Assembly (NCBI GenBank): GCA_963752475.1
Contig: CAVVYR010000006.1
Span: forward strand, 1 to 64,000
DNA: 64,000 nt
DNA from: an uncultured Chloroflexia bacterium
GTDB lineage: Bacteria; Chloroflexota; Limnocylindria; Limnocylindrales; CSP1-4
Direction of reading: 5' to 3'
Shown: positions 41,943 to 52,338 of the stretch, piece after piece
Position numbering within the stretch: position 1 is the first letter of the stretch
Layout of the letters: each line of letters opens with the position of its first letter
Notes under the pieces: generated by a model
Told to the model about the DNA's origin: nothing
The model's database searches: none
The model's input: only the letters and a program-made list of their open reading frames with translations
Program-made: the position numbers and the translations under genes

Positions 41943-43468
41943 GCGCGCTCGTGCTTCTCCCGGTGCTGGTCCCCCTGACGGCCGCGGCACTGGGCCTGCT
42001 GGCCTGGCGCTCGGCTTCGGCCCAGCGCTTCATCGCGCTGGCGGGGTCGGCGGTCCTGCTCGCGGTCGGCATCGTGCTGCTCGTGGTCGTGGAGCGCGAG
42101 GGCTACCTGGTGCTCCAGATCGGCGACTGGCAAGCGCCCTACGGCATCACCATGGTGGCCGACATCTTCAGCGCCATCCTCATCCTGCTCACCGGCGTGC
42201 TGGCCGTGGCCATCGTGCTCTACTCCACCGCCACCATCGACAGCGGCCGTGCGCGCTATGCCTACTACCCGCTGACGATGGTGATGCTGGCGGGCGTGGC
42301 CGGCACGTTCCTGACCGGCGACCTCTTCAACCTCTACGTCTGGTTCGAGGTCCTGCTCATCGCCTCCTTCGTGCTCCTGGCGCTGGGTGGCGGACGTGCG
42401 CAGCTGGAGGGCGCGCTCAAGTACGTGGCCCTGAACCTCGTGGCCTCGGCCGTGCTGCTGGTGACCATCGGTGTCATCTACGGGCTCACCGGAACGGTCA
42501 ACCTGGCCGATCTCTCTGGCCGCATGGCCGAGGTGGACCCGGGGCTCTCGGCCGGCATCGCAGCCATGCTGCTCATCGCCTTCGGCATCAAGGCGGCGCT
42601 GGTGCCGCTCTTCTTCTGGCTGCCAGCCTCGTATCACACGCCACCGGTGGCGGTCTCGGCGCTCTTCAGCGGCCTGCTCACCAAGGTCGGCATCTACGCC
42701 CTGGTGCGAGTGTTCACGCTGCTCTTCGCCGACCAGGCCGCCGACTTCCAGCCGCTGCTGCTGACGGTGGCTGGGCTGACCATGGTCGTCGGCGTCTTCG
42801 GGGCGGTGGCGCAGCATGAGATGCGGCGGCTACTCTCGTTCCACATCATCAGCCAGATCGGCTACCTCGTGATGGGCCTGGCGCTGTTCACGGTCAACGC
42901 CATGGCGGGCCTCATCTACTTCCTCGTGCACGTGGCCCTGGCCAAGTCGACGCTGTTCCTGGTGGCCGGCACGGTCAAGCAGCTGACGGGCTCGTTCGAG
43001 CTGGCCAAGACCGGCGGGCTGTGGGTGCTCAAGCCGGGCCTGGCGGTACTCTTCGGCATCGCCGCCATGTCGCTTGCGGGCATCCCGCCGTTCAGCGGCT
43101 TCCTGGCCAAGCTCGCGCTGATCGAGGCCGGCCTCGAGGTCGACCACCTGCTTATCGTGCTGGTGGCGCTCGCGGTCAGCCTGCTCACGCTCTACTCGAT
43201 GCTCAAGATCTGGAACGCGACCTTCTGGAAGCCGCTGCCGACCGATCTGGGGACCTTCGGTGATGGTGCCGCCGCGGTCACGCCCGAGCGCGTTGCGAGC
43301 ACTCGCCTGGCGCTGGCGATGGTGGTGCCGATCGTCTTGCTGGTGGGCTGCTCGGTGGCGCTGACGGTGGCCGCCGGCCCCGCCTTCGAGCTGGTCGAGA
43401 TGGCTGCGGTGCAGCTGATGGAGCCGGCCGGGTATATCGAGGCCGTGCTCGGCGGAGGCGGCCGATGA
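41939..43468 (+). CDS. mrpD: Mrp subunit D
   Basis: [23 protein letters not shown] and GIPPFSGF. Confidence 0.95.
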   Translation: MSALVLLPVLVPLTAAALGLLAWRSASAQRFIALAGSAVLLAVGIVLLVVVEREGYLVLQIGDWQAPYGITMVADIFSAILILLTGVLAVAIVLYSTATIDSGRARYAYYPLTMVMLAGVAGTFLTGDLFNLYVWFEVLLIASFVLLALGGGRAQLEGALKYVALNLVASAVLLVTIGVIYGLTGTVNLADLSGRMAEVDPGLSAGIAAMLLIAFGIKAALVPLFFWLPASYHTPPVAVSALFSGLLTKVGIYALVRVFTLLFADQAADFQPLLLTVAGLTMVVGVFGAVAQHEMRRLLSFHIISQIGYLVMGLALFTVNAMAGLIYFLVHVALAKSTLFLVAGTVKQLTGSFELAKTGGLWVLKPGLAVLFGIAAMSLAGIPPFSGFLAKLALIEAGLEVDHLLIVLVALAVSLLTLYSMLKIWNATFWKPLPTDLGTFGDGAAAVTPERVASTRLALAMVVPIVLLVGCSVALTVAAGPAFELVEMAAVQLMEPAGYIEAVLGGGGR

Positions 43469-43980
43469 CCGCGCCCAAGTCCACCGCTTCAGGGGGTCTG
43501 TCGGCCTCGGCCATGTTCGCGGGCAACCTGCTGCTGGCGTTGTTCTGGGTCGCCATGAGCGGTCACTTCGACGTGCTCAACCTGCTGGTCGGCTTCGCCT
43601 TCGGCTACCTCATCCTCTATCTGCTGCAGCGCGTGATCGGCCGCTCCTCGTACTTCTCGCGTTCGGTCGTGCTGGTGCGCTTCGCCGGCTTCTACGCGGT
43701 CGAGGTCGTGCGTGCCAACCTGCGAGTGGCCCACGACGTGGTGACCCCGACCATCCACGCCAAGCCCGGCGTGGTGGCGGTGCCGCTCGATGCCGAGACC
43801 GATGCCGAGATCACGTTGCTCTCCAACCTCATCACCATGACACCCGGCTCGCTGGCGGTGGACGTGGCCGACGACCGCAGCGTCATCTACGTCCATTCGA
43901 TGTTCCTCGACGACCCTGACGAGCTGCGCCGCGAGATCAAGGACGACCTGGAACGGCGCGTGCTGGAGCTGCTCCGATGA
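43465..43980 (+). CDS. mrpE: Mrp subunit E
   Basis: NLITMTPGS..YVH. Confidence 0.95.
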   Translation: MTAPKSTASGGLSASAMFAGNLLLALFWVAMSGHFDVLNLLVGFAFGYLILYLLQRVIGRSSYFSRSVVLVRFAGFYAVEVVRANLRVAHDVVTPTIHAKPGVVAVPLDAETDAEITLLSNLITMTPGSLAVDVADDRSVIYVHSMFLDDPDELRREIKDDLERRVLELLR

Positions 43981-44264
43981 TGGGCCAGATCGAGGGCGTG
44001 CCCGACACCTTCATCGAGCTCGCGCTGGTGGCCTTGGCCGTGGCCATCGTGCTGGCCTTCGTGCGTCTGGTGCGCGGCCCCAGTCTGATGGATCGGGTGA
44101 CCGCGCTCGAGCTCATCGCCAGTCTCGTCGCGGGCATCGTCGCCGTCTATGCCATCGGTACGGACGACCCCGCCCTCATCGACGTGGCCATCGCGCTCGC
44201 GTTGGTGGCGTTCATCGGTGCCGTCGCCTTCGCGCGCTACGCCGAACTGCGAGAGCGACCATGA
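43977..44264 (+). CDS. mrpF: Mrp subunit F
   Basis: RLVRGPSLMDRV. Confidence 0.95.
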   Translation: MMGQIEGVPDTFIELALVALAVAIVLAFVRLVRGPSLMDRVTALELIASLVAGIVAVYAIGTDDPALIDVAIALALVAFIGAVAFARYAELRERP

Positions 44265-44668
44265 CCGACTGGCCAGCCACGATCGCGGTGGGCCTGGGTG
44301 TCGCCTTCTGCGTGCTCAGCGCCGTCGGCGTCCTGCGCATGCCGGACGTCTACATCCGCCTGCAGGTGGCCTCGAAGGCTTCCTCGCTGGGTATCGCGCT
44401 GCTGATGCTGGGGGTGGCCCTGCACTTCGGCGAGCTGAGCGTGACCATCCGGGCATTGCTCGTCGTGGTCTTCCTCTTCCTGACCGCGCCCGTGACCGCC
44501 CACGTCCTCGGCCGTGCTGCGTACATCACGGGTACGCCGCTGGCGCCCGGCTCGCGCCCTGACGAGCTGGCCGGGGCCTATGACGCGGAGACGGGTCGAC
44601 TGGCTGGCCTGGAGGGCCGACCGGACGGGGCCGATGCGCCCACCGGAGAGGACGCCGGTCACTCGTAA
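44261..44668 (+). CDS. mrpG: Mrp subunit G
   Basis: RMPDVYIRL..SK..TAPVTAH. Confidence 0.95.
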   Translation: MTDWPATIAVGLGVAFCVLSAVGVLRMPDVYIRLQVASKASSLGIALLMLGVALHFGELSVTIRALLVVVFLFLTAPVTAHVLGRAAYITGTPLAPGSRPDELAGAYDAETGRLAGLEGRPDGADAPTGEDAGHS

Positions 44669-44762
44669 CCGAGGCGCTTCGGCACCTGTGGGCGGACGGC
44701 CGCGGTTCGACAATGATCACTACCGGTCTGACCTTTGCCTCAAGCACGGAGTGCTATCCCCC

Positions 44763-45269
44763 ATGTCCAACATCGGTCTCTTCTTCAGCAGTTCCACGGG
44801 TAACACCGAGGAGGCTGCGGACGCCATCAAGGCCGCCTTCGGCGGTGGCGTCGACATCTACTCGGTGGCTGACACGGCCGTCGACAAGATGCTCGAGTAC
44901 GACAACCTCATCATCGGCATCCCCACCTGGGAGATCGGCGAGCTCGAAGCCGACTGGGACGCGGTCGTCGACGACTACGCCGGGCTCGACCTCTCGGGCA
45001 AGAAGATCGCGATCTTCGGCCTGGGCGACCAGGTCAACTACCCCGACACCTACCAGGACGGCGTAGGCATCCTGGCCAAGAAGGGCCGGGACGCCGGAGC
45101 CACGATCGTGGGCTATACCAGCACCGATGGCCACGAGTTCGATGACTCTTTCGGCCTCGAGGATGGCAAGTTCATGGGCCTCTGCCTGGACAACGACAAC
45201 CAGGCTGACATGACCGACGATCGCATCGCCGCCTGGGTCGAGCAGCTCAAGGGCGAGTTCGGCCTCTAG
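44763..45269 (+). CDS. fldA: Long-chain flavodoxin
   Basis: SSSTGNT, PTW, FGLGDQ and GLCLDNDNQ motifs. Confidence 0.92.
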   Translation: MSNIGLFFSSSTGNTEEAADAIKAAFGGGVDIYSVADTAVDKMLEYDNLIIGIPTWEIGELEADWDAVVDDYAGLDLSGKKIAIFGLGDQVNYPDTYQDGVGILAKKGRDAGATIVGYTSTDGHEFDDSFGLEDGKFMGLCLDNDNQADMTDDRIAAWVEQLKGEFGL

Positions 45270-45295
45270 GCCTTCTTCTCTCGATCGCAGCTCCA

Positions 45296-45321
45296 GGGCT
45301 CCGGAGTCGACTCCGGAGCCC
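45296..45321. repeat. Perfect 26-bp palindrome
   Basis: GGGCTCCGGAGTC|GACTCCGGAGCCC downstream of fldA; may act as a terminator. Confidence 0.85.
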
Positions 45322-45341
45322 CTTCCTATGCCCGGCGCCGG

Positions 45342-45522
45342 CGCGGCCCTGCGGTAGCCACCCGTCGCTCCCACCGACGCTGTGGCCGGGATCGCGGCCC
45401 TGCGGTAGCCACCCGTCGCTCCCACCGACGCTGTGGCCGGGATCGCGGCCCTGCGGTAGCCACCCGTCGCTCCCACCGACGCTGTGGCCGGGATCGCGGC
45501 CCTGCCGTAGCCACCCGTCGCT
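45342..45522. repeat. 51-bp tandem repeat, about 3.5 copies
   Basis: Units start at 45342, 45393, 45444 and 45495, each with an internal GCCAC..CGTCG/CGACG..GTGGC hairpin. Confidence 0.95.
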
Positions 45523-45815
45523 GGGGTCGACGGTCGTCCAACAGCACATGCGTGCACGTAGGACTACGGTCGGTGAGGGCGACGCGTGACTACGACGAGG
45601 TCGTCGGAGCGGAGTTGGCGGACCGATCCGGGTCCGCGCCGTGACTACAGGTCCCGGTTGCGTCGACCCCAGCGACGATCGTCCACATTCCACGGCCGCC
45701 ACTCGCCAACCGGGCTGATGCGCACAGCGATGCCCACCGCGAACGCCGGACATCACGACGCCCGGAGGACTCTCCCTTGACCTCCGGGCGTCGTCGGGAA
45801 TCGTTCGACTAGGGG

Positions 45816-47480
45816 TTACGCGTCGGCAGCCCGGCCTCCATTGGAGTCGCGGCCGTCGCGGTCATGCGCCAGGTGCATGAAGTGGTCGACGGCGCCCACG
45901 TCCTTGGTGACAAGGCTGACGATGATGCCCGCCAGGAACGCCGCCGGCACGCCGTAGAGCGCCGGGTTGACCAGCACGGGCAGGCCCACGAGCGTCTCGA
46001 CGCCCATGTACTTGGCGGCTGTGTAGGCCAGTGACACGATTAGGCCCACGACGAAGGTGGCCACCACGCCCTGCCGGGTATAGCGGGTCCACCACACCGT
46101 CATCAGCAGGACCGGCGCGAAGGTGCTCGCAGCGATGCCGAAGGTCAGGCCCACGAGCTGGGCCACATTCTCTTCCTTCAGGACGATCGAGAGCAACACC
46201 GCGATGACCGTGAGCACGATGCCGGCACCGCGGGCCACCAGCACGCGCTGCGCCTCCGAGGATTCCGGCCGCAGCAGGACGGTGTAGCCGTCGTGCGCCA
46301 CGGTCGTGGTCATCTGGATGAGCAGTCCGACCGCCGAGCTAAGGATGGCGGCCATGGCGCCCGCGAGCACGATGCCTAGGAGCACCTGCCCGCCGAGCAG
46401 GTCGCCCAGCTCGGCGACCGCGGTATTGGTCGCCTTGCCCACGTCACCGCTGCTGATGAGCTCGGTGAGCAGCGGATACAGCAGCACCATGGCCGCGAAG
46501 CCCACGAACAGCGTGAGCGTGTAGAAGATGGCCAGGCTGATGATCGTCAGCTCGGTCGACTTCCTGGCGGCCACGGCGTCCTTCACGGTATACAGGCGGA
46601 TGAGCACGTGCGGCAGGCCGACCACGCCCAGGAACAGGCCCAGCACCAGGCTCAGCTGGTTGGGCAGGTCCTTGACGTTCACGCCCGGCGTCAGCGCGCT
46701 GGTCTCCTCTGGCAGGATCTCGCCCGAGTACAGCGCCGCCTCCATGGCCTCGTCGCCGCTGCTCTCGACGGGATAGTCGGACAGGATCTGGTCCGCCGCG
46801 CCGTTGTCCACGACCTGTGTCGGGGTGACCACGTTGTCGGCCTCGGTGAGCATGTTCAGCGGGTTCCAGTTGAAGTACATGAACGTCGCCAACACGAACA
46901 GCAGGATCATGGCGCCGAAGATGATGATGCCCTGGAACGCCTGGTTGTAGGACGTGCCGCGCATGCCGCCCATGACCACGATGACCGCGGTCATGCCGCC
47001 GGCGACGGCGACCCAGAAGATGTAGTCCAAACCTGGCACGAGCAGGTTGAAGAGGTGGCCCGCACCGACCAGCTGGGGCACCAGGTAGAGCACGCCGATG
47101 GTGAGGCCGGCGACGATGGTGAGGAATCGGATCTCGGATCCGGAGAACCGCTCGCGGAGGGCGTCGGCAACCGTGTACTTGCCCGATCGCCGCAGCGGGC
47201 TGGCAAGGATGAGCACGACCACGACCCAAGCGGCGAAGAAGCCCAGAGCCAGCCACCAGTTGTCGATGCCGAAGATGGCGATGGCGCCGGCTACACCCAG
47301 GAAGCTTGCCCCACTGGCGTAGTTGCTGAACATGGCCACACCGTTGAGCTTCCAGGGGATCTGACCGCCGGCCACGTAGAACTCTGCTGTGGACTTGGTC
47401 CAGCGCCGGCTGTAGATGCCGATGAGGAAGAAGGTGGCCATCCCAACGATGAGGATGGCGAGGGCGACGATGTTGTCCAT
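45816..47480 (-). CDS. actP: Sodium:solute symporter (ActP-like)
   Basis: FYVAGG, NYASGASFLG, YLVPQLVGAG, GGMRGT and GLPHVLIRLYT. Confidence 0.85.
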   Translation of the reverse strand: MDNIVALAILIVGMATFFLIGIYSRRWTKSTAEFYVAGGQIPWKLNGVAMFSNYASGASFLGVAGAIAIFGIDNWWLALGFFAAWVVVVLILASPLRRSGKYTVADALRERFSGSEIRFLTIVAGLTIGVLYLVPQLVGAGHLFNLLVPGLDYIFWVAVAGGMTAVIVVMGGMRGTSYNQAFQGIIIFGAMILLFVLATFMYFNWNPLNMLTEADNVVTPTQVVDNGAADQILSDYPVESSGDEAMEAALYSGEILPEETSALTPGVNVKDLPNQLSLVLGLFLGVVGLPHVLIRLYTVKDAVAARKSTELTIISLAIFYTLTLFVGFAAMVLLYPLLTELISSGDVGKATNTAVAELGDLLGGQVLLGIVLAGAMAAILSSAVGLLIQMTTTVAHDGYTVLLRPESSEAQRVLVARGAGIVLTVIAVLLSIVLKEENVAQLVGLTFGIAASTFAPVLLMTVWWTRYTRQGVVATFVVGLIVSLAYTAAKYMGVETLVGLPVLVNPALYGVPAAFLAGIIVSLVTKDVGAVDHFMHLAHDRDGRDSNGGRAADA

Positions 47481-47483
47481 GGA

Positions 47484-47780
47484 CTAGTTCTCGATCCTCG
47501 CGAGGTAGACGCGCGTGATGATGAGGCCGGCGACGATGAGGCCCAGGCCGAGCCAGATGCCCAGCGGCAGGCCCAGGACCATCTGCGCCGCGAACTCCGC
47601 GAACTCGGCCGAGGTGAGCACGGCGACGACGAAGTAGATCGCCGAGAACAGAGCCATCAGCCCCCAGGCCCAGCGGGCTCGTGAGGTACTGAACGGGCTC
47701 CAGTTCTCGCTCGGGGTCGTCTCCGGCTCAGGCGTCCCTGGCGACCCCTGGCCCTCGGCCTGGTCGGTTGTCGGATCCAA
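47484..47780 (-). CDS. Small membrane partner of ActP (DUF485-like)
   Basis: Two TM segments, directly upstream of the symporter; TTG start with a GGGAG SD-like sequence. Confidence 0.75.
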   Translation of the reverse strand: MDPTTDQAEGQGSPGTPEPETTPSENWSPFSTSRARWAWGLMALFSAIYFVVAVLTSAEFAEFAAQMVLGLPLGIWLGLGLIVAGLIITRVYLARIEN

Positions 47781-47945
47781 TGCGCATCTCCCTCTACTGC
47801 AGGACCGTTCCCATATGCACCTATCGGCTATGCACCTATCGGCCCAATCTCGCGTGCGCGTACGTGGCATGCATGGGCCGTCGGACACGGCAGTGCGGGC
47901 CGGAACGCCTGTCTACGACCCAACCGGATTCGGCATCATGCGGAC

Positions 47946-49376
47946 ATGAGCACCGCACCCTCCGCCCGCACCACTCGACGGACCAAGTTGGTGGCCACCA
48001 TCGGCCCCGCCAGTATCGGTATGGTCGATCGCCTCATCGAGGCCGGCCTTGACATCGCTCGCATCAACTTCTCGCACGGCACACCCGAGGATCACCTCCA
48101 CACCGCCGAGGTCGTTCGCGCCGCAGCCGACGCCGCCGGCCGGACCATCGGCATCCTGGCCGATCTGCCTGGCCCCAAGCTGCGCCTGGCCACGCTGCAC
48201 GAGGACCCCGTCGTGCTCGAGTCAGGTGCCACGGTGGCGCTGTCGGGTCCCGCTACGCCGGCTACCGAGCACGACCTCCCGCTCAGCGACCCCGAGCTGG
48301 CAGGACGGCTGGAACCGGGCGATCGCGTGCTCTTGGCCGATGGCGCGGCCGAGCTGCGCGTCGGCGCTATCCAGGACGGAGCGGCCATCTGCGAGGTCGT
48401 GCGTGGTGGGCCCGTGCGCAGCCGTCAGGGCGTGAGTGTGCCGGCCGAGCGCATGTCACCCGATGCCCTCGATACTGCTGATGCCGCGGCCATCCCGCAC
48501 CTGCTCGAGGTCATGCCCGACTTCGCCGGCCAGTCGTTCGTACGCTCGGCGGCCGATGTCAACCTGCTCCGCTCGCGTATCCCGGAGTCGATCCGCATCG
48601 TGGCCAAGATCGAGACCCAGCCGGCGCTCGAGGACATCGAGGCCATCCTCGAGGCCGCCGACGGCATCATGGTCGCGCGGGGCGACCTTGGCGTGGAGCT
48701 GCCGTTCGAGCGGGTGCCGCTGGCGCAGAAGGACCTCGTGCGGGCCGCGCTGATGGCCGGCAAGCCGAGCATCGTGGCCACGCAGATGCTCGAGTCGATG
48801 GTGACCGCACCCCGGCCCACGCGCGCGGAAGCCAGCGACGTGGCCAACGCCATCATCGACGGCGCCGATGCGGTGATGCTGTCGGGTGAGACGGCCGTGG
48901 GAGCCTGGCCCCTGGAGGCGGTCCGGGCCATGGCCGACATCGCACAGCAGACCGACACGTACAAGGCACCGACGCGGCCACCGGCGGGAACCCCGTCCTT
49001 CGGCCCTGACGTGGACGCACGAGCCCTGGCGCTGGCCGCGGTCTCGATGGCCGACTCCGACCCCGACGTCGTGGCCATGGCCTGCTACACGCACTCGGGC
49101 CGCACCCCCCGCCGGCTGGCCTCGCTGCGGCCAGGCCGTCCCATCGCCGCCTTCACGCCGACCGAGGAGATCGCTCGCTCGCTCACGCTCGTGCGTGGCG
49201 TACTCCCATTCGTCATGCAGGTGGAGCCGGAGGAGCCGACGTCCATCACCGAGGCCGTCATCTCGGCACTTCGCGCCGGCAAGATCGAGATCGGTCTGGG
49301 TGAAGACGACGCGATCGTGTTGGTCCAGACCAGCGTGCGCGGCGGCCCCAACGCGCTCGAGCTCCTGCGCACCTGA
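47946..49376 (+). CDS. pyk: Pyruvate kinase
   Basis: RTKLVATIGP, RINFSHG, AKIE, MVARGDLGVE, ATQMLESM and MLSGETA. Confidence 0.97.
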   Translation: MSTAPSARTTRRTKLVATIGPASIGMVDRLIEAGLDIARINFSHGTPEDHLHTAEVVRAAADAAGRTIGILADLPGPKLRLATLHEDPVVLESGATVALSGPATPATEHDLPLSDPELAGRLEPGDRVLLADGAAELRVGAIQDGAAICEVVRGGPVRSRQGVSVPAERMSPDALDTADAAAIPHLLEVMPDFAGQSFVRSAADVNLLRSRIPESIRIVAKIETQPALEDIEAILEAADGIMVARGDLGVELPFERVPLAQKDLVRAALMAGKPSIVATQMLESMVTAPRPTRAEASDVANAIIDGADAVMLSGETAVGAWPLEAVRAMADIAQQTDTYKAPTRPPAGTPSFGPDVDARALALAAVSMADSDPDVVAMACYTHSGRTPRRLASLRPGRPIAAFTPTEEIARSLTLVRGVLPFVMQVEPEEPTSITEAVISALRAGKIEIGLGEDDAIVLVQTSVRGGPNALELLRT

Positions 49377-49423
49377 ACGAACACTAGACAAACACTAAAC
49401 GACCAGGCTACAATGGTCGCATC

Positions 49424-49822
49424 ATGCAGTACATCGACACCAACGACTCGAGCTACCAGCCGGGCGTCTGTAACATCGGCCCCGCCGAGATCCGCCGCCG
49501 TCGCCAGATCGGTTTCATCGGCCTTATCGGCGCCGTCGCCCTTGCCGGCCTGCTGCTGGCCATCGACGCGCCCGCCTGGACGCGCCTGGCGCTGGCGCTC
49601 CCGATGGTCATGGCGCTCGAAGGCTTCATCCAGGCGCGCGAGCGCTTCTGCGCTGGGTTCGCCATGGCCGGCCTCCAGAACATGGGCGATCTCGGCTCGG
49701 AGACCGCGATCGAGGATGACGAAGCCTTGGCAGCTGACCGACGCAAGGCCCTGCGCATCCACGCCACAGCCATTGCCGGTGCTCTCGCGGCCGGCGTCGC
49801 CTTTGCGCTCCTGCCCCTCTAG
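49424..49822 (+). CDS. Small membrane hypothetical protein
   Basis: YQPGVCNIGPAEIRRRR followed by three hydrophobic segments. Confidence 0.8.
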   Translation: MQYIDTNDSSYQPGVCNIGPAEIRRRRQIGFIGLIGAVALAGLLLAIDAPAWTRLALALPMVMALEGFIQARERFCAGFAMAGLQNMGDLGSETAIEDDEALAADRRKALRIHATAIAGALAAGVAFALLPL

Positions 49823-49875
49823 ATACCCACCTCGCTCCATCGCGGAGCAAGACCGTTGCCCCTCCCACCCGTCCA

Positions 49876-49912
49876 CGACGCCCCGCTCGACCCGAGCGGG
49901 GCGTCGTTGATT
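49876..49912. repeat. 37-bp hairpin, copy 1
   Basis: CGACGCCCCGCTCG-acc-CGAGCGGGGCGTCGTTGATT, identical to 50993-51029. Confidence 0.9.
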
Positions 49913-50239
49913 TCGGAGAGAGGTCGGCTACGCCCTGGCAGGCCGGCAGAACCTGGGCGAGCTGGGAGAAGAGCAGCTCATCGAAGAAGAGGCCGCAAGA
50001 CGGGCCGACCGCCGGCGTACCCTCGCGATGCAGAGGCGACGACCGGTGGCCTGATCGCCGGGCTCCTCTTCTGGCGCGCGAAGGCGTAGACGAGGACACA
50101 TCCCTCTCCCGCTCCTGGGCCGTGGCTTTCCTTGCTGCGGGTGAGAGAATCGATCGGTCAGCCCCCCGGCAGTCGCCGAGTCGTAGCACCGTGAACTGGT
50201 TCTTCCCGTTGCCCGGTCGGCGAGCGCGGAGGAGAAACG

Positions 50240-50971
50240 GTGCAGATCGCAGCATCCATCCTCGGGCAACCAGGTGTCGCGGCGGCGTCGCTCAGGGCCT
50301 TGGTCCTGGCGCTGGCGTTCATCTTCCTCGTGCAAGGGCCGGCTGAGGCTGCCTCGGCCAAGGTCGTGCGCCACGGACCGCGCTCCAGCAACGGCGTCGC
50401 GCTCACCTTCGATGACGGCTGGGGTGTCGACTCATGCGAGCAGATCTCCAAGACGCTGACGCGGATGGGTGCGACGGCCACGTTCTTCATCAATGGCAAC
50501 CATCTCCGCGCGGACCCGGCACGCTGGCGCCGCATCCTCAAGGACTTCCCCGTGGGCAACCACACGCGCTCGCACTTGTGGCTCACGCGGGTCTCGAAGC
50601 ACAAGATCCGCGGTCAGCTCCGCAACAACCAATGGATCCACCACTGGGTCCTCGGCCGCAGGATGACAAGGGTCTTCCGGCCGCCCTACGGCGCCTACAA
50701 CCACCTGGTGCGGAGGGTGGCAGGTCGGTGGGGCTACAACCATCTGGTGCTCTGGAGCCACTCTTCAGGGGACACCTCGCCGGCGGCGACCGTCTCGTCG
50801 ATCATCCGACACACGACAGGTGCGCCGCGTGGCTCCATCATCCTGATGCACTGTGGGCCCAGCGTGACGGCGCGGGCGCTGCCGGCAGTCATCCGCTACT
50901 ACCAGCGGCGAGGGATCAGGCTGATCGGCCTCGACGAGATGCTCCGTCTGGGCGAATACGCGACCCGTTGA
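50240..50971 (+). CDS. Secreted polysaccharide deacetylase (NodB/CE4)
   Basis: TFDDG, NHTRSH, RPPYG and LMH motifs. Confidence 0.9.
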   Translation: MQIAASILGQPGVAAASLRALVLALAFIFLVQGPAEAASAKVVRHGPRSSNGVALTFDDGWGVDSCEQISKTLTRMGATATFFINGNHLRADPARWRRILKDFPVGNHTRSHLWLTRVSKHKIRGQLRNNQWIHHWVLGRRMTRVFRPPYGAYNHLVRRVAGRWGYNHLVLWSHSSGDTSPAATVSSIIRHTTGAPRGSIILMHCGPSVTARALPAVIRYYQRRGIRLIGLDEMLRLGEYATR

Positions 50972-50992
50972 GTCGAGCACCGATGAGATAGC

Positions 50993-51029
50993 CGACGCCC
51001 CGCTCGACCCGAGCGGGGCGTCGTTGATT
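50993..51029. terminator. 37-bp hairpin, copy 2, between the convergent deacetylase and xylA
   Basis: 14-bp perfect stem. Confidence 0.8.
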
Positions 51030-51047
51030 CGTCGATCAGGCCCGAGA

Positions 51048-52205
51048 CTAGCGAGCGCCGAGCATGTGCTCGATGGCCAGCTGGTCGATCCGCCCGAAGC
51101 TCATCGAGCGCTTGCCGACCGCGACCGCGTCGATCTCCTCGGCGCGAAGTGCCTCGATGGTCTCGCCATCGGACATGGTGGGCACGCCGAGCTGATCCAC
51201 GCGGGCAGCCTTGAGCGCTTCCTGCACCTCGGGGTCGCGACGGAAGGCGGCCGCTCGCTCCTTGAGGATGAGGTAGGTGCGCATGTTGGACTCGGCCGTG
51301 ACCCAGACGTCGTCGCCGATGTCCGTGCGCAGCGGCTTGTAGTCGAAGTGGCGGGGGCCTTCGTAGTCCGAGTTCTCGAGCAGGTCGACCAGGTAGAACG
51401 CGCTCTGCAGGTCACCGTGACCGAAGACGAGATCCTGGTCGTACTTGATGCCGTGCTGGCCGTTGAGGTCGATGTGGAAGAGCTTGCCCTGCCACAGGGC
51501 CTGGGCCACTCCGTGCACCATGTTCAGCCCGGCCATCTGCTCATGGCCGACCTCCGGGTTCAAGCCCACCATCTCGGAGTGCTCGAGCGTCTCGATGAAG
51601 GCCATGGCGTGGCCGATCGTGGGCAGGAACATGTCACCGCGCGGCTCGTTGGGCTTGGGCTCCAGCGCGAAGCGGATCTTGTAGCCCTGGTCGATGGCGT
51701 AGCGGCAGAGGATGTCGAATGCTTCCTTGAAGCGGTCGAGCGCCGCCGTCATGTCCTTCGTGCCGTCGACCTCCGCTCCTTCGCGGCCACCCCAGAAGAC
51801 GTACGTCTCGGCTCCGAGCTCGGCCGCAAGGTCCAGGTTCTTCATGACCTTCTGCAGCGCGAAGCGTCGGACCTCACGGTCGTTGGCGGTGAACGCACCG
51901 TCCTTGAAGATGGGGTGGAAGAAGAGGTTCGTGGTCAGCATCGGGGCCTTCAGCCCCGTCTTCTCGAGCGCGTCCTTGAAGCGTCGGACGTGTTCGTCAC
52001 GCGCGGCCTCGTCCGAGCCGAAGGGGACCAGGTCGTCGTCATGGAAAGTGACGCCGTAGGCACCCAGGTCGGCCAGTCGGTACACGGCCTCGACCGGGTC
52101 GAGCGCGGCACGCGTGGGAGCGCCGAAGGGGTCGCCCGCGCGATAGCCCACGGTCCACAGACCGAAGGTGAACTTGTCAGCAGGGGTGGGCTTGAACTCG
52201 GTCAT
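51048..52205 (-). CDS. xylA: Xylose isomerase (class I, Streptomyces/Thermus type)
   Basis: [33 protein letters not shown] and HFDYK; GAGGAGG SD. Confidence 0.97.
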   Translation of the reverse strand: MTEFKPTPADKFTFGLWTVGYRAGDPFGAPTRAALDPVEAVYRLADLGAYGVTFHDDDLVPFGSDEAARDEHVRRFKDALEKTGLKAPMLTTNLFFHPIFKDGAFTANDREVRRFALQKVMKNLDLAAELGAETYVFWGGREGAEVDGTKDMTAALDRFKEAFDILCRYAIDQGYKIRFALEPKPNEPRGDMFLPTIGHAMAFIETLEHSEMVGLNPEVGHEQMAGLNMVHGVAQALWQGKLFHIDLNGQHGIKYDQDLVFGHGDLQSAFYLVDLLENSDYEGPRHFDYKPLRTDIGDDVWVTAESNMRTYLILKERAAAFRRDPEVQEALKAARVDQLGVPTMSDGETIEALRAEEIDAVAVGKRSMSFGRIDQLAIEHMLGAR

Positions 52206-52338
52206 CGTTCCTCCTCGAGCCGCCGAGCGCTCGGCGGCGATCCTCACAGATGTAGTGCCCTCATCCTACGACGGGCTGCGAGCGCCTCAGGGGGCCGTCG
52301 GTCAGGCTCTGGTATGACGTTCTGCTCGGCTGCTGCCG

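Noticed and set aside
44708-44724. Fur box upstream of flavodoxin (GACAATGATCACTACC)
   Set aside because: The context is plausible, but the match is weak and poorly palindromic.
45342-45522. CRISPR array
   Set aside because: It is a pure tandem repeat with no unique spacers.
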